Below are positions 50,680 through 63,284 of a DNA stretch of 64,000 bases, piece by piece; position 1 is the first letter of the stretch, and each line of letters begins with the position of its first letter. The DNA comes from Leucoraja ocellata (Eukaryota): contig JAWMAR010000102.1 in the NCBI GenBank assembly GCA_036785375.1, positions 4,278,001 to 4,342,000 on the forward strand, given 5' to 3'. The position numbers and the translations under genes are program-made. The notes below the pieces were generated by a model, which did not search any database, was not told where the DNA came from, and was given only the letters and a program-made list of their open reading frames with translations.

Positions 50680-51165
50680 GAAACCTAAGAAATTGAAGCA
50701 GGAACAGGCTATTTGGCCTCTTGTGCCTGCTCTTCCATGCTGTGGGTCACAGGTGATCTTTTATCCCAGTACCACAATACTGCACCAACTCCATATCCCC
50801 AATTTCCCTGATATCTAAAAATAAATGGATGTCTTGCTTAAATAGGTGGGCTGTTTGTCCCGCTTAGGGAAAGAATTCCAGAGATTCTTTACTCTTTGGG
50901 TGTAAAACTTTCTTCTCATTGTAGTAGTGAATGGCAATTTTTCAGATTGTGGCCCTTGGTTATAGACACCCCAACCAGGGGAACTAACAGCCCTGCATCT
51001 GTTAGGCTCAAAACAATAGTTCCTGTGCCTCTCATTCCTGCAAATGGCAGAACAATGTAGGTCCGTTGAACTCACAGGACAATTCCTCCATCCCAGGACT
51101 CAATGACGTAATCCTTTGTGTCCCCATTGCAAAAATGTCACTCCATAGATGGGAAGACTAAAACA
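50680..51165 (-). mobile_element. Old CR1-type LINE 3' fragment
   Basis: Minus ORF MRRKFYTQRVKNLWNSFPK. Confidence 0.75.
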
Positions 51166-52914
51166 AAACTGAGTTTTTGTATATTTAAATATTTTTACGT
51201 TCCTAAAATAGAAAGTTCCATTGGCATTGTTGGGTAAAATTAAGTTAGCATGGGCAATCTCTTCCAAATTATTACTAAAATTGAATGCTTCACTTGAACC
51301 TGTCTGAACTAGAGGTAAATATATTTAAATGACTGAACCTATCCTCCTGATTTTTACTTAGTAAAATATATTTTTGTTGGTTTATTAAATAACAATTCAA
51401 TGTAAATGGCCAAATGTGTGTCTGCCTTAGTCATAAGTTTAATTTTACAAGTTGCACATAGGATTATTTTTCCATGAAGTCTTGTTACTTTTAAATATTG
51501 ACTTGTTAACTTATTTTCTGTGTAGGTATGCCAAGTAACAACCTTAAAACAAGAATTGTACTAAACATGATATTTGAATATGAACATTGAAAAAAATGTA
51601 CCTTGTAAAGTAGAATTAGTTCTATTGGTCATTGTTCCTTTACATCTATTCATCTAATATCTATTCATTAAGCTGCATATCAAATTTGCTTTTCTTGATA
51701 CTTCACTAGTTCAGGATCGTCCTGCAAGTAATGAAAATCCTTAGTTCTTCTTTAACACAATCTACCTTCTTTAACCTCTGTCCTGCTTCCTGGTCTTGCA
51801 TCTCCAAAAATGGACCAGTGTCTTTTGATGGGTCTGAGGCAGTTATTTCTATTAGAACCAGGACATATAGGCATTTTTTTTTTTTTACAGGTAGAAGGTG
51901 CACTTAGGTCAGGCCTGTCTTTCAGTCGGAATCCCTTTGTTCCAACAGCGGCCTCCACTGTGATATTTGCGTTCTCCAAAGACCTCTGGGTCCTGAGATA
52001 ATTTGCAGACCCTCCCATTCAGTAACTGGATCACCGAAACCCAGATTCGTACAAGAACAATTGTCTTGTGTCTGAACAAGAAGCTTGGATTTTGTTCTCT
52101 GGATTTTATTATCCAAAGAAATGACAGCAAACAAGAGGAGGTTTCTCCAGGATTAACTGAAAATGAATCGGAATGAATTGTTGCATTGGAACAGACATAG
52201 GATGCATGATATAAATTCTTCATATTTTTAGATCCAGTCGCTTTGATTTCACAACATTAAATTACTGCATTGATTTATGCTGGAAAACCACCTTCTGAGT
52301 CAGGTGTTTAGGTTTCCCTTGCAGCACTAACCACATTCTTTGTCACTTGTAGAGTTATGGAGCAACACTGGTCCTTCCGTCCAACAATTGTCAACCACCT
52401 ATTTAAAATAATCCTGCATTAATCCCATTTTTAATTCTTCCCACATTCTCATCAACTTCCCACACTATCCTACTAAGGACAATTTACAGTAGCCAATTAG
52501 CCAACCAACAACATATCGGTTTGTAGGTTAATTGGCTTTGGTTTAAAAAATCTTAAATTGCCCCAAGTGTGTAGGATAGTGCTAGTGTACAGGTGATCAC
52601 TGGTAGACAGAGACTTTGGTGGGTCGAAGGACCTGTTTCTGCACTATATCTCTCAAATCTAAAGTAAAATCTAAACAGTCCTCCAGTCACAGCCATTTTT
52701 GGTTTGAATTTATCTTTTCCCCCTGGGATCCCATGGGATTAAACCTTTTGACCAGCCGACCCCATGAAATCTTGTTAAAATCCCCGTAGTCTATCTCAAA
52801 CATCGTGTCCACTGACTTTCCTTGTTACTTCCTTTAAAAAGAATACAGCTGTTAGTTAAATATAACCATCCATGCCAACCTATGGAAATGAATTGCCTAT
52901 CATATTTCCAAGTT

Positions 52915-53800
52915 TTCTGATGCAACAAGACTAGTAGAATTCTGAGTAGAGAGGGCAACGTTACAGAGGCATCGAGGGGATATAGGCATGCGATGCAGGT
53001 GGGCAAGAAAGTGACAGATGCATTACAGTGTAGAAAAATATGAGGTCATTCACTTGATCACAAAAGCAATTTTTTAATTAAAATTTTTTTTTTTAATGGT
53101 GAACGATAGGAAATGTCTAAAGGGAATCTCGGCATCCTGTATATATTCTAGGTTTCAGTAACTCGTTGGCGCACCAAGCAATTAAGAAAGCAAATGTTGG
53201 CCTTTGTTACTAGTGGATTTGACTTCAAGAGTAAAGTGTCTTGCACCCTGCATAATTGCTTTGAAACTCCACCCAGAACTATATTGTGCAACTTTGATCT
53301 CCTTACCTACAATATATATATACTTGCCATAAGTATATAGGTAAAAGATTCACTAGGCTGGTTCCTGGGAATGCATACTTGCCACAGGAGAACAGATTGA
53401 GCAAGAGGATTTGGCTCGAAGGCCATTCGGCTTGAAGGGCCGAACGGCCTACTCCTGCACCTATTTTCTATGTTTCTAGGATGAAAGGGGATTTTATTGA
53501 CTCAAACAGAATCATTCAGGGCTCGATAGATTGGATGCAAGATGGATAATCATCACAGATCAGTCTCGGGGTAAAGAGTGGGCCATTTTGTACACTCAGA
53601 AGATGATTAATTTTTTGAAATTACTGACCTGTGAAAACATTGAGTGCATTACAAACAAATAATACGTTTCTGTTGAAAGGAAATGAGGGACCTGTGGATA
53701 GTTTAAGGAAATGGTGCTGAGATACAAGAGAAGCATGATCGTGCATGATTGGTAGAGCAGACGATAGTTTTGAAGGACTAGATGGCCTATTCACATTAAG
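52915..53800 (+). mobile_element. Old CR1-type LINE ORF2 3' region
   Basis: Decayed FADD..K region (ttctgatgcaacaagactag), atgaggtcattcactt, aaaagattcactaggctggttcctggga. Confidence 0.7.
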
Positions 53801-55244
53801 TACATAGTTCCCCTTATTTATGAAGATCGCTGCAAACTATCCATCAAAGAACTTTCCTGTATCCTTCATCTCTCCACATAGCTAACCTTTTGTCCTTCAC
53901 AGACCTTTCCTCCATTATCTTCTTACTTATTGTGTACTTGCAAAAGCATCTTTGGGAATTTCTGCGATTCACTTGTGGACATTCACGCCCTCTCTTTGCT
54001 TTTTTTAATTTGACCACTGCATTTTTCACAAACTTGGTCCTCATCATCTGGACTCGGGCTTCCTCTGGATAGCAAAATACAAGTGCAGATGCCTCTGTGG
54101 CCCTCTCCCTTGCACTCAGTACACTGCCCAAATAAAGATAATTAAGCACTTGTAATGTTCTAAAACCATTAACGCAATAAAGTATCTACGAGGAAATGGC
54201 ATTGGCTCCTAGTTCTGTTGAATGTTTGAAAGTTATTAGCGCGCCTCAGTTTTGAAAGCACGAGGTACTCCCACGATCACAAAGGTCATTCCCTACAAAA
54301 GTCACTTGAGACAAGTGGTCTGGAAACTGATTGCCATATTTATATAGACAATGATTGACTCATTGATGTGTACATGTATATAGATATATTTGAAAAGAAT
54401 TTCAAGATTGGATCTGGGTAATCGGTGGATGAAGAGGATTGAGTGTACTGTTGTAGGCTTTTTGTAGTGTCATTATTGCTTTTTTTGTTCATCCCAAAAG
54501 TACAAATAAACTGCAATCTAATCACTCCTGTATCAGAATTCCTGGTTTCTAATTTGTTTCATTTTATTTTTTTTGAAATCATGTTTAATGAACATTTTAT
54601 AGAATCCTTTCCTAGATATTTACCAAGACCTTCCTCATCAGTGAAATTATACTTTCAACCATGGTCATTTGGGAAAAAAAGTTGCAAGTGAAATGCTGGT
54701 TGGGAAGAGATCACCCGGGCTTGAAGGGCATTCCAAAGATGTGCAGGTTTGTAGGTGAATTGGCTTCTATAAATTGTCCCTGGTTTGTAGGATAGAAAGA
54801 ACTAGTGCACAGGTCGACACGGACTTGGGGGCCCTGAAGGGCCTGTTTCCACGCTGTATGAACTAAACTAAAGGTGCATGCTCTTTGAGTTAATTAATAA
54901 ATAAGAATGTACTTCATTTTAGTGCATCTGTTGGACATAAACTTGGTCAAGATGAAATAATTTCATTTTTTTCATTCAGCGCTGTGTTCATAACTTTACA
55001 ATATTACCAATTCTACTTGTTACCATACTGATATAGTTTTCTATTCAACTCTTAAGTCTTGTTGGTTGCTTTGACGTATTTTTGCACTAACTTTCTAAAG
55101 TGCACGTTTTACAGTATTAAGCAATGTCTGTGTGCAAAAACTTGGCATACCTATAAGTTTATAGTCTGTGGACTCATTCTCTCTCATTGTGTTTATCTTG
55201 TGTTTGATTTTTTTGCCCGAGTGTTTTCTTCTTTCCCCTTTCAG

Positions 55245-55334
55245 ATTGGGAGGAGTGCCTTTGTGACCTCCTCTTCATCTTTACCCTCCTTCCCTTCCAC
55301 GCTTTCATGGTCCCGGGATGAGAACACTCGAAGG
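55245..55334 (+). CDS. GIT2: GIT2 exon 16 (frame-preserving cassette exon)
   Basis: tcag|IGRSAFVTSSSSLPSFPSTLSWSRDENTRR|gttaag (human IGRSALVTSSSSLPSFPSTLSWSRDESARR). 90 nt. Confidence 0.95.
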
Positions 55335-57884
55335 GTTAAGTACCTTCTCAGCAAGTCTGCACTGTGGAGGAGGCAGTGACACCGGCAGTGCCTGTTGCAC
55401 CTTTTCCCTCCTTTTCCCACTTCTCTTTTTGCTTCTGCATGTATAGTCCCTTCCACCGGATTATCGACTGCATACCGAGTTGCATATTCCTGATTGTCTT
55501 TTCTATCTTTCACTTTTTATTTTTCAGTTTATTAATCCTGCTTGCTCCCAACCACGGGACACATGGCACACTTAACAATTAGCTCTACAGCCATCAAAGC
55601 TTGATCCTTTGCTACAGCACAGCTTCTGCATAGCTTTCTGTTCAAAACATACACATGTTGCTCTAATCATCAGCAGGTGAATCATTGCCCAGTGCTATAC
55701 TGAGCATTGTGGAGTAGGCATGTTTGCAGGTTCAATCTATGGATTAGCCGATTTCAGCCAGAATTCCCCGACGATTTTCTCTTCACTGGTCCCGGAGACA
55801 AGGATTCATGTCATATCGCCTGAGCACAATCGGTTTTTGAGTAACTCATTTAGCCGTGATACATGTGTAAGCCACGACAACGATCACTGACAAACCATCC
55901 AACCAAGCTGGACAGCCCTTGCCCAAAGTCCATACTTCAAACGTAGATTTAGCTGACAAGAAGCAAAAACATTTATAAGCACCCAGTTTCCAGAGTGCCT
56001 GAGGTTAACTAAATCATAGGCAAGAGAAAGACCTTTGGCAAAGTGTTTGTCAGCATGTCTCCACTTGGGATTAGATTAAAACACACACATAGCCATCATG
56101 GGACCTTGGCTATAATGGTTTACTCTTGCACTGAATGACACACAAGGTGAATTGACATAAATTAATGGGCGAGAATAGTGCGTTTTAAAAATTGAGGAAT
56201 AAATGTACATGCACTACTCAATTATTGAGGCATATATCTAAAACTAATGCAAGTTGTGTAATGTTTAACATTTCTTTCTGAATCCCACAATCTAACATGG
56301 AAACCAGGCATGCTTTTCACTGGATTAAAATTAGAAGAATGCTCAGAGTTCTTTAAGTGCTTTTGTAGTCTGTGTGAATATGAATTGGGATCGCCATGTA
56401 ATTTGGTTGCTATACCATGAGTTGAAAGCTTTCATAAGTACGGCATTGACTTCAAATGTTTGCTCCATCCCCTAAAAAATGCTTCAGTTGCAAATACATT
56501 TTCAGACTTTAATGGAGCTTTAAATGAAGTGTGACTGGTGCTGGCTAAACTGAGCTCCTGTAGAGCTCCCCGGTGGCATAGACCTGGAATAATGTCACAG
56601 TTTATCCACTAGAAATCTCATGATCCCATTACCAGCACTGAAGATGGGACATGTTAAATTACATGGATAACTATTTTTGGTGCTGGACTTAATGGGAGGA
56701 GACTGACTATACTTGATTTGGAATTGGGTATTAGGAACCATTTTAATAATCAGTCGAAACTAATTGGCATCTTGCCTTTTGTAAGATATAATCCGCCTAG
56801 ACAAATAATTTTTCAGCACACCATCATTACACAAGTGATACCAGCCAACCTGCAGCACAGTTTCATTAGCATCTTGCTTTGTGCATGGTCTGATTTATTG
56901 CCTATTGAAGCATGTACTCGCTTTTAAGATGACTGCTTTTGAAACAAAAAATAACTCTTTTCTCCAAAGTCGGATATGTCTGATGTTATCTGAATAAAAA
57001 GCTGATTTGTGTTGAATGTGTTTCTTTGTCATGGTGCCAAATGAAAGCCAGCTAATATTGTGGAATTGCTTGACTTCCATATAAGACTTTGGTATTTACA
57101 AACGTTGAGAAACATGAATATAAGTTGCTAGCAGTCCAAATATTAATATCTACCATTAATTATTCATGCCCTTCAAAAAAAATGTTTAAAGGTAGTTTTA
57201 ATTCGGCTAAAATGAGAAAGCCACTTCAATGTACTGAACACAGCTAATTTGTAAATATTTATTTTTAAATGTATCCTTGGTTAAAAGTGCGAGGTATCTC
57301 TAAATCTTGACAAATCGCATCCATATAAATTTAGGATTACATTTTGAGACATGGTTAGACTTTGTTCTTAAAATTGATCCATTCCTCAAGGATAATGTCC
57401 AAACTAAGACTTTTTTGTATTTGATGACTGATTGTTTCGTAACGGGCTTGCACTGTGATAACTTGTGCTTTCCAACGTATATTCTTTATCCAAATTTGAG
57501 TTAAATATCCCACGCACTAAATATTTCCGTATTGATGTACAAGAGGTAGTCCATGGAGTGCAGTGGAAAAGCAAACTCCTTTATGTAGCATCATGTCCCT
57601 TCTCCCCCACCTCAGTCTTTCCAATGTGACACTTTATAATTTATCTCAAAAGATGCAAATTCTGCTGCAAATTCTTACCGTTAGCTTGAAAAATAGATAC
57701 ATTTATGCATTATTGCATTAGTTCAAACGTTTCATGATTTTAATTACTACCCAAAAATTTTCTGCTACCGACTCTAGTTTGCATGCATTTTTTGGTTTCT
57801 GTTTGGGTTCGGGTTGTATTTCATCTAATAATTGTGAACATACTGTATTGTTTGCATCTTGGTGTTTGTTTTAATTTCTTTTAG

Positions 57885-57967
57885 GCATCAAAACTTGAGA
57901 AACAAAACAGCATGCCAGATAGTGACTACGATAATGCAGCAAATAACTTGGAACTGGATGAGACAGG
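57885..57967 (+). CDS. GIT2: GIT2 exon 17
   Basis: ttag|ASKLEKQNSMPDSDYDNAANNLELDET+GG|gtatgg. 83 nt. Confidence 0.95.
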
Positions 57968-58869
57968 GTATGGATTAAATTTACCAGAATAAGGCACACA
58001 GAAGATTCACATGGTTATTTATATAAAATAGTCATCTGCCAAGAAATAGTTTCCAAGCTAGTCTTTACTGCTTTCAAATTCACCATAAGTAACATTTATT
58101 ATCCCAGTAATAGCTCTGATCCCAAATTTCTTGCTGACTGTGGGAACCATGCTCTTAGCTTGCAAAGTTATTATAGGAGTGATAGTATGAACTTCCTATG
58201 GTTACTACAATAAACTTGTGGTTAGACTAGTGAGGAATTACACTCTGCCATTTTTCATGTCCTTCCAATTTGTTTTAAAGATTGATTATGGATTAATAGT
58301 TTAAATAAAATATGCTGAATGCATATCCACAGGATGTTTGCAATGATAAAATGAATGATGTTCTGGTGATGAGTGGGATGCACTGTAGAATGAGCTACAA
58401 ATAGTCAAAGGAAATTATAGGAAATGATAGGGGTTCTTCTTTAACAAACATACACATTACAATCAGTAGTATGCTACTTGGCCCCTCAAACGTTCCCCGC
58501 CATTCAATAAATTATATTCTAATAGTGACCTCAACTTGGCAATCTCATTTAGCCTCAGTAGTTAATTTACTCTTACTCCTTCCAAGTATCTGTCTATTTG
58601 CAGTATTATGGCATTCAAGTTCACTTCTTCCGCTGATCAGTTCAAAAAATGTTCAATCCTCCAAAAGAGAATCTTTCCCATTTTAAATGGGGAATTCTTT
58701 ATTACAAAATAATAATCATTGGTTATCCCATAGGTGGAATTACCACTTGAAATCTCTTGTTTCAATTATTTTTCACTGAATTCTTCCGAATGCTAGCCTA
58801 GCCTGTGCAACCTTTCATCATCCATTCAGGACAAATCACCCATTCCAGATATCAACCTAATGAACATAG

Positions 58870-60895
58870 CACATTTAAATTGAACACTTCATTCGATTCC
58901 AGCCCCTTCCTCCACATCAACCATATAGCTATGGGAACTTGGATAAGCCCAAGCTATGCCAGAAATGCAGCCAAAACCACAGAGTTACTCCAGTACTTCT
59001 GTGTGTTTGTTATAAGAAGGAGCATGGTTCATGGGGACAAAAAGCACACAATGAAACCAAAAGAAACAGTCAAACTGAAAGGCTGAAAGGGGAAGGGAAG
59101 ATGTCTCAAGATACACAACCTTGCAGTACATCTGTAACTGCCTGTTATTTTCCATTTCTATCCTGCATTATACTTCACATAATCCCTTCCCTTTCTGCTT
59201 ATCTTCTGTCTCCATGTCAGAGAGAATAATATTAAGAAACATCCATTACAAGTCATCTCAACAAAATTTCCCACCTGGAATGTTCCCACCTCTCTGGTTC
59301 CTGTTCCCCCCCCCCCCCAGTTTACTTGCTCCAATGATTTCCATGCGTGCGCCTCCGAGATGTTTCCCTTCCTGAATTGTGACGTTGCCTACACTTTGTT
59401 GGTAACATGAGTCTTGATTGTATCTTATTTATTCCCAGCACCTTTGGCTTCACCCCCTCTCCCAAACCAATAGAGAATAAAACTGCTCCGGTCCTTACCT
59501 TGCAAGCAATCAACCAATCATCCTTTGCAATTTCTGCCAGCTTTGACTAGATTCCACCACCAGGGACATCTTCTCTTATCCTTTAGCATTTCAGTTGAAC
59601 TGTTTCTTTAGGATTCCATATTGTGCTTTTTGTCCCCATCAATGGCATGATAGCGCAATGGTAGAGTTGCTGCTTTACAACTCCAGAGACCTGTGTTTGA
59701 TCCTGACTACGGGTGCTGACTATATGGATTTGGTACGTTCCCCCCCGTGACCCGCTTGAGTTTTCCCCGGGTGCTCTGGTTTCCTCCGACACTCCAAAGA
59801 TGTACAAGTTTGTAGGTTAATTGGCTTCGGTAAAATTGTAAATTGTCCCTAGTGTGTGTAAGATAGTGTGCGGGGATCGCTGGTCGGCGTGGACTTGGTG
59901 GGCCAAAGGGTCTGTTTCTGCACTGTATTTCTAAAACTAAACCATTTATTTTGGGTTCCACAGTGTGCTCTTTGGTCCCCATCAGCAATTCACCTTCCTA
60001 TAGCATAAAGCGCAAAGTGCTGGTGTAACTCTGCGGGACTAGCAAAACCTCTGGAGACATGGATAGGTGACATTTCGGATCTGGAGGCTTCTTCAGCACT
60101 TTCCCACACAACCTGTCCTTTTTAAACTCTTCCCTTTGCACCGTCCAGAGACCCAGACATGTCTTCTGGAATGGCAGGCGCTTGCACGTCCAACCTAGTG
60201 TACTGTATACGATGTTCACATTGTGGACTCTAGTACATTGGAGAAGCCAAATGGGGATTGGTAACCACTTTGCGAAACACCCGCAGTCAATCTGCAGCGG
60301 TGGATCGAATCTCCCTTCTATCCACCAGTTTAATTCTCTGACCAATCTGCCTCTAGCCTTCCACACTTACAATGAAGTTTTATTTCCATCTTCCACCTAA
60401 ACAGGCTGCAGCCTTCTGGACTCTATATCAAATTCTACAGCTTCAGTTAACTTGCTTTCTCTGTATCAGAACTGACATTAATTCTGTGGATCATCCATCT
60501 GTGATAATGATTTTTTATTTTTTTATTTTTGCATTAGCAGAGTCCAGCCTGCTGGGCATTTCATACAGCTCTGCATTTCACAGCGTTCATGTTCCTCTTT
60601 TTGTACTCTCTCTCGAATTCCCCTAATTTTTTTTCGTCATTTGCTTTTTTCCCCCCCTCTCTCTCCCTCCAATTATTGACCTATTGACTGGATGATCTTT
60701 ACAACTTGCTTCATTCTCTCAACAATTCCCACCCAACATTACCCCGCATTTAAAATTAACTTGATTTGTCTCTTTCTCAGTTCTAACGGAGGGTTTCTTG
60801 ATGTGAAATGTTAAATGTTTCTCTCTCCACAGATGCTGTCCGACCTGAATGGTCTCAGTATTTTCTATTTCAGATCTCCAACATTTGTGGATTTT
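58870..60895 (+). mobile_element. Fragmented old Penelope-like element(s) with nested SINE
   Basis: RT motif LNTSFDSSPFLHINHIAMGTWISPSYA (58880-58960), GIY-YIG NLVYCIRCSHCGL*YIGEAK (60190-60250), terminal repeat at about 60780-60895. Confidence 0.75.
59642..59941 (+). mobile_element. V-SINE (HE1-like), full length, nested in the Penelope remnant
   Basis: ggtagagttgctgc...tttgatcctgactacggg...ggtgctctggtttcctcc...aaactaa. Confidence 0.87.
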
Positions 60896-61154
60896 AATTT
60901 GCGCTTGCATCCATCCTCAAGGAGACCAGTACTCTACACAGTACTCTAGCTGTGGTCTCACAGACACTCTGTATAACGGAAGCATAACCTGCTTTTATAT
61001 GCTATTTCCCCTGGCAGTTAGTAATAACATTAGCAATCAGCTTTCCTAATTATTGGCTTTGCCTTTGTTCTAGACTTTGTTGAACTTTGAGCACTAGGGA
61101 TACAATTCTCACTTAAAATATTGACCTGTTTTCTTTCTTTCTGCCCAATACAAG

Positions 61155-61343
61155 CTCTTGCCGAAAGGGTAAGCCTAAGAGCATAGGGCGGCACGGGGAG
61201 AACCCTATTCTGGAAGCGGATGACCCAGATGTGGAACCAGATTCCACGCTCCCTAGTACGGAGGATGTCATTCGGAAAACCGAGCAAATCACAAAAAATA
61301 TTCAGGAGCTGTTGCGTGCTGCACAAGAAAACAAGCATGAGAG
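61155..61343 (+). CDS. GIT2: GIT2 exon 18 (start of paxillin-binding domain)
   Basis: caag|SCRKGKPKSIGRHGENPILEADDPDVEPDSTLPSTEDVIRKTEQITKNIQELLRAAQENKHE+AG|gtgaaa. 189 nt. Confidence 0.95.
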
Positions 61344-63149
61344 GTGAAATATTTACTGTTGGGTTTTTTGACTGATGTAATCAACTACAACTACTCCAGG
61401 AGTTATAAGGTGATGAAGATGTGGAGCAGGTTGTCATTAATGCTCTTGTGCTAGCTCCCTGCAGTTCATCTTAATGTCAAAACAGAGGATGGACCAATTG
61501 TCCTCCATGTGGGCGATGGGTGATATTGGGGTATTGTGTAATAGTGGTGGCACAGCTGGTAGTGCTGCAGCCTCACAGCTCCAGAGACCCTGGTTCGATC
61601 GTGACCTCGGGTACTATCTGTGTAAGTTTGCACGTTCTTGCATAGCATTGTAAAAAATGCAAATTATTTTGATTGTGTGCACTCAGTTTCAGCTCTGTAA
61701 TTTCCCATTTTACAATGTTATTTAAAAAGATCTCACCTCATTTTCCTCGTCCAATACGGCCTATGGTGGCAATTCTTTTGTATCTCCCATTTTTTTTCCC
61801 ACCCATTTCAGTGAAGCTTCATCCAACATTGGCAACCAACCAACTTTTTTCATCCTAAGCATGTTCTTCTACTTTGCAATCTCTGTGGGTGCTCCTGACC
61901 TTTCATCTTTTATTTTTTAAATCATTTTTTTTTAAACTTTGAAACCTAGATTCCAATTTGATTACAGAAGGGACATTAAACTGGTATATATGTAATTGCA
62001 GCAGTGCTTTGATATCTGTTTGCTATTCTTTTCCGCTCTACGAAACGGTGGTGTCTTTAAACATACAATTAGTTGGATGGTGAAAGTACACAGAGCAGTC
62101 TTGAAAGTGGGAATTGTTGGGAAATTTGGCCACTTGTGCCAACTCTGCTTACTGTTGAACTAATAAGAAAATGAATTTCTTATTCTTGAGGATTAAACCT
62201 GGGATTTCCTTGGACTCTCTAAGTTAATATAACTCTAATATCCAGTGAACGTCCAATTCCTGCAAGCTTATTTTCTTTTTTGCAAAAAAGGATAGCAGCA
62301 GGAGGAACTCAGCATGTCAGGCAGCATCTGTGGAGGAAGATGGATGTAACGTCAAGACCCTTCATCTCAACTGGGGACTTTTTTTTTAACTACGATTTCA
62401 CAATCTGCAGTCTCTAGTGCCTTCATTTTCTTTTCTTTTATGAATCCAGCAATTAATTTGTGGTTTTCTGAATAATGCTCCACTAGGGATTAATGCAAAA
62501 CAGATAAGCATGCAAATTGGAGATATTCCTGATCTAATTGGATTATTTCAATACCAGGCGATGGTAATGTAGTAAATCAAAGAATATTGACAATAATATC
62601 AAAGATGATGGCTTGGTAGAGTTCCTTAAGTCTGTAGTCTGCAGGAATTTGTATTGACACTGGCTTGAATCATTAAATCCAACTGTCCATGTTGGTCCAT
62701 TTTTAGAACAATACCCTTGCAAACCTCAATAGTAACAACCAAGTACTTTCTTTAAATTCATCCCTACCAGGCAATCTAACTGGAATCATTTCAGAAAGTG
62801 TGTGGTTACATGCACTCACTGGTGAGTCTTGTGTCTTTGCAGTGTTGTCTTAACTTCCGCAAGAAGTCCACTCCTCCACAGTCATTAGACATTAAATTTG
62901 TTTCGACTTTAAATAAACAAACCAATTGTGCGATGCACGTATATCGGAACTGTTGTTCTCGTCAGCTATTTGCTGTAACCCATGCTGTTTTTATTTTGTC
63001 TTTTTTTAACTTTGATTTGATTTTCGCTTTGCAATCTGAATTCATTTGTGCGATCTCTTCTTTCTCTTCTTCCTCTCCCCTCCTCTCTCTCTTTCCCTCC
63101 CCTCCCTCACCCATTTTTGCTTCCAACCCCTGCCTTCCCTACGATCCAG

Positions 63150-63284
63150 CCGGCAGATTGAACGCGAGAGCCTGCGCAAGTTGAGGCACAGCCTTGGCTG
63201 TTTCAGTACGTTGGTTCTGCGGGCCGACAAATCTTCCCTTCAGCCTCTGACCCTGCAGCAGCAGCGGCCTGACCCTGCCACCTG
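63150..63284 (+). CDS. GIT2: Candidate extra GIT2 cassette exon (45 codons) in the paxillin-binding domain
   Basis: About 100-nt pyrimidine tract ending ccag|, open frame RQIERESLRKLRHSLGCFSTLVLRADKSSLQPLTLQQQRPDPAT, then TG|gtactc. Phase 2-2, 135 nt, GC-rich and exon-like. Confidence 0.7.

Noticed and set aside
5203-61343. Assignment of the gene as GIT1
   Set aside because: The MSKRLRS start, the exon 15 and 16 sequences and the ANKRD13A neighbour all indicate GIT2.
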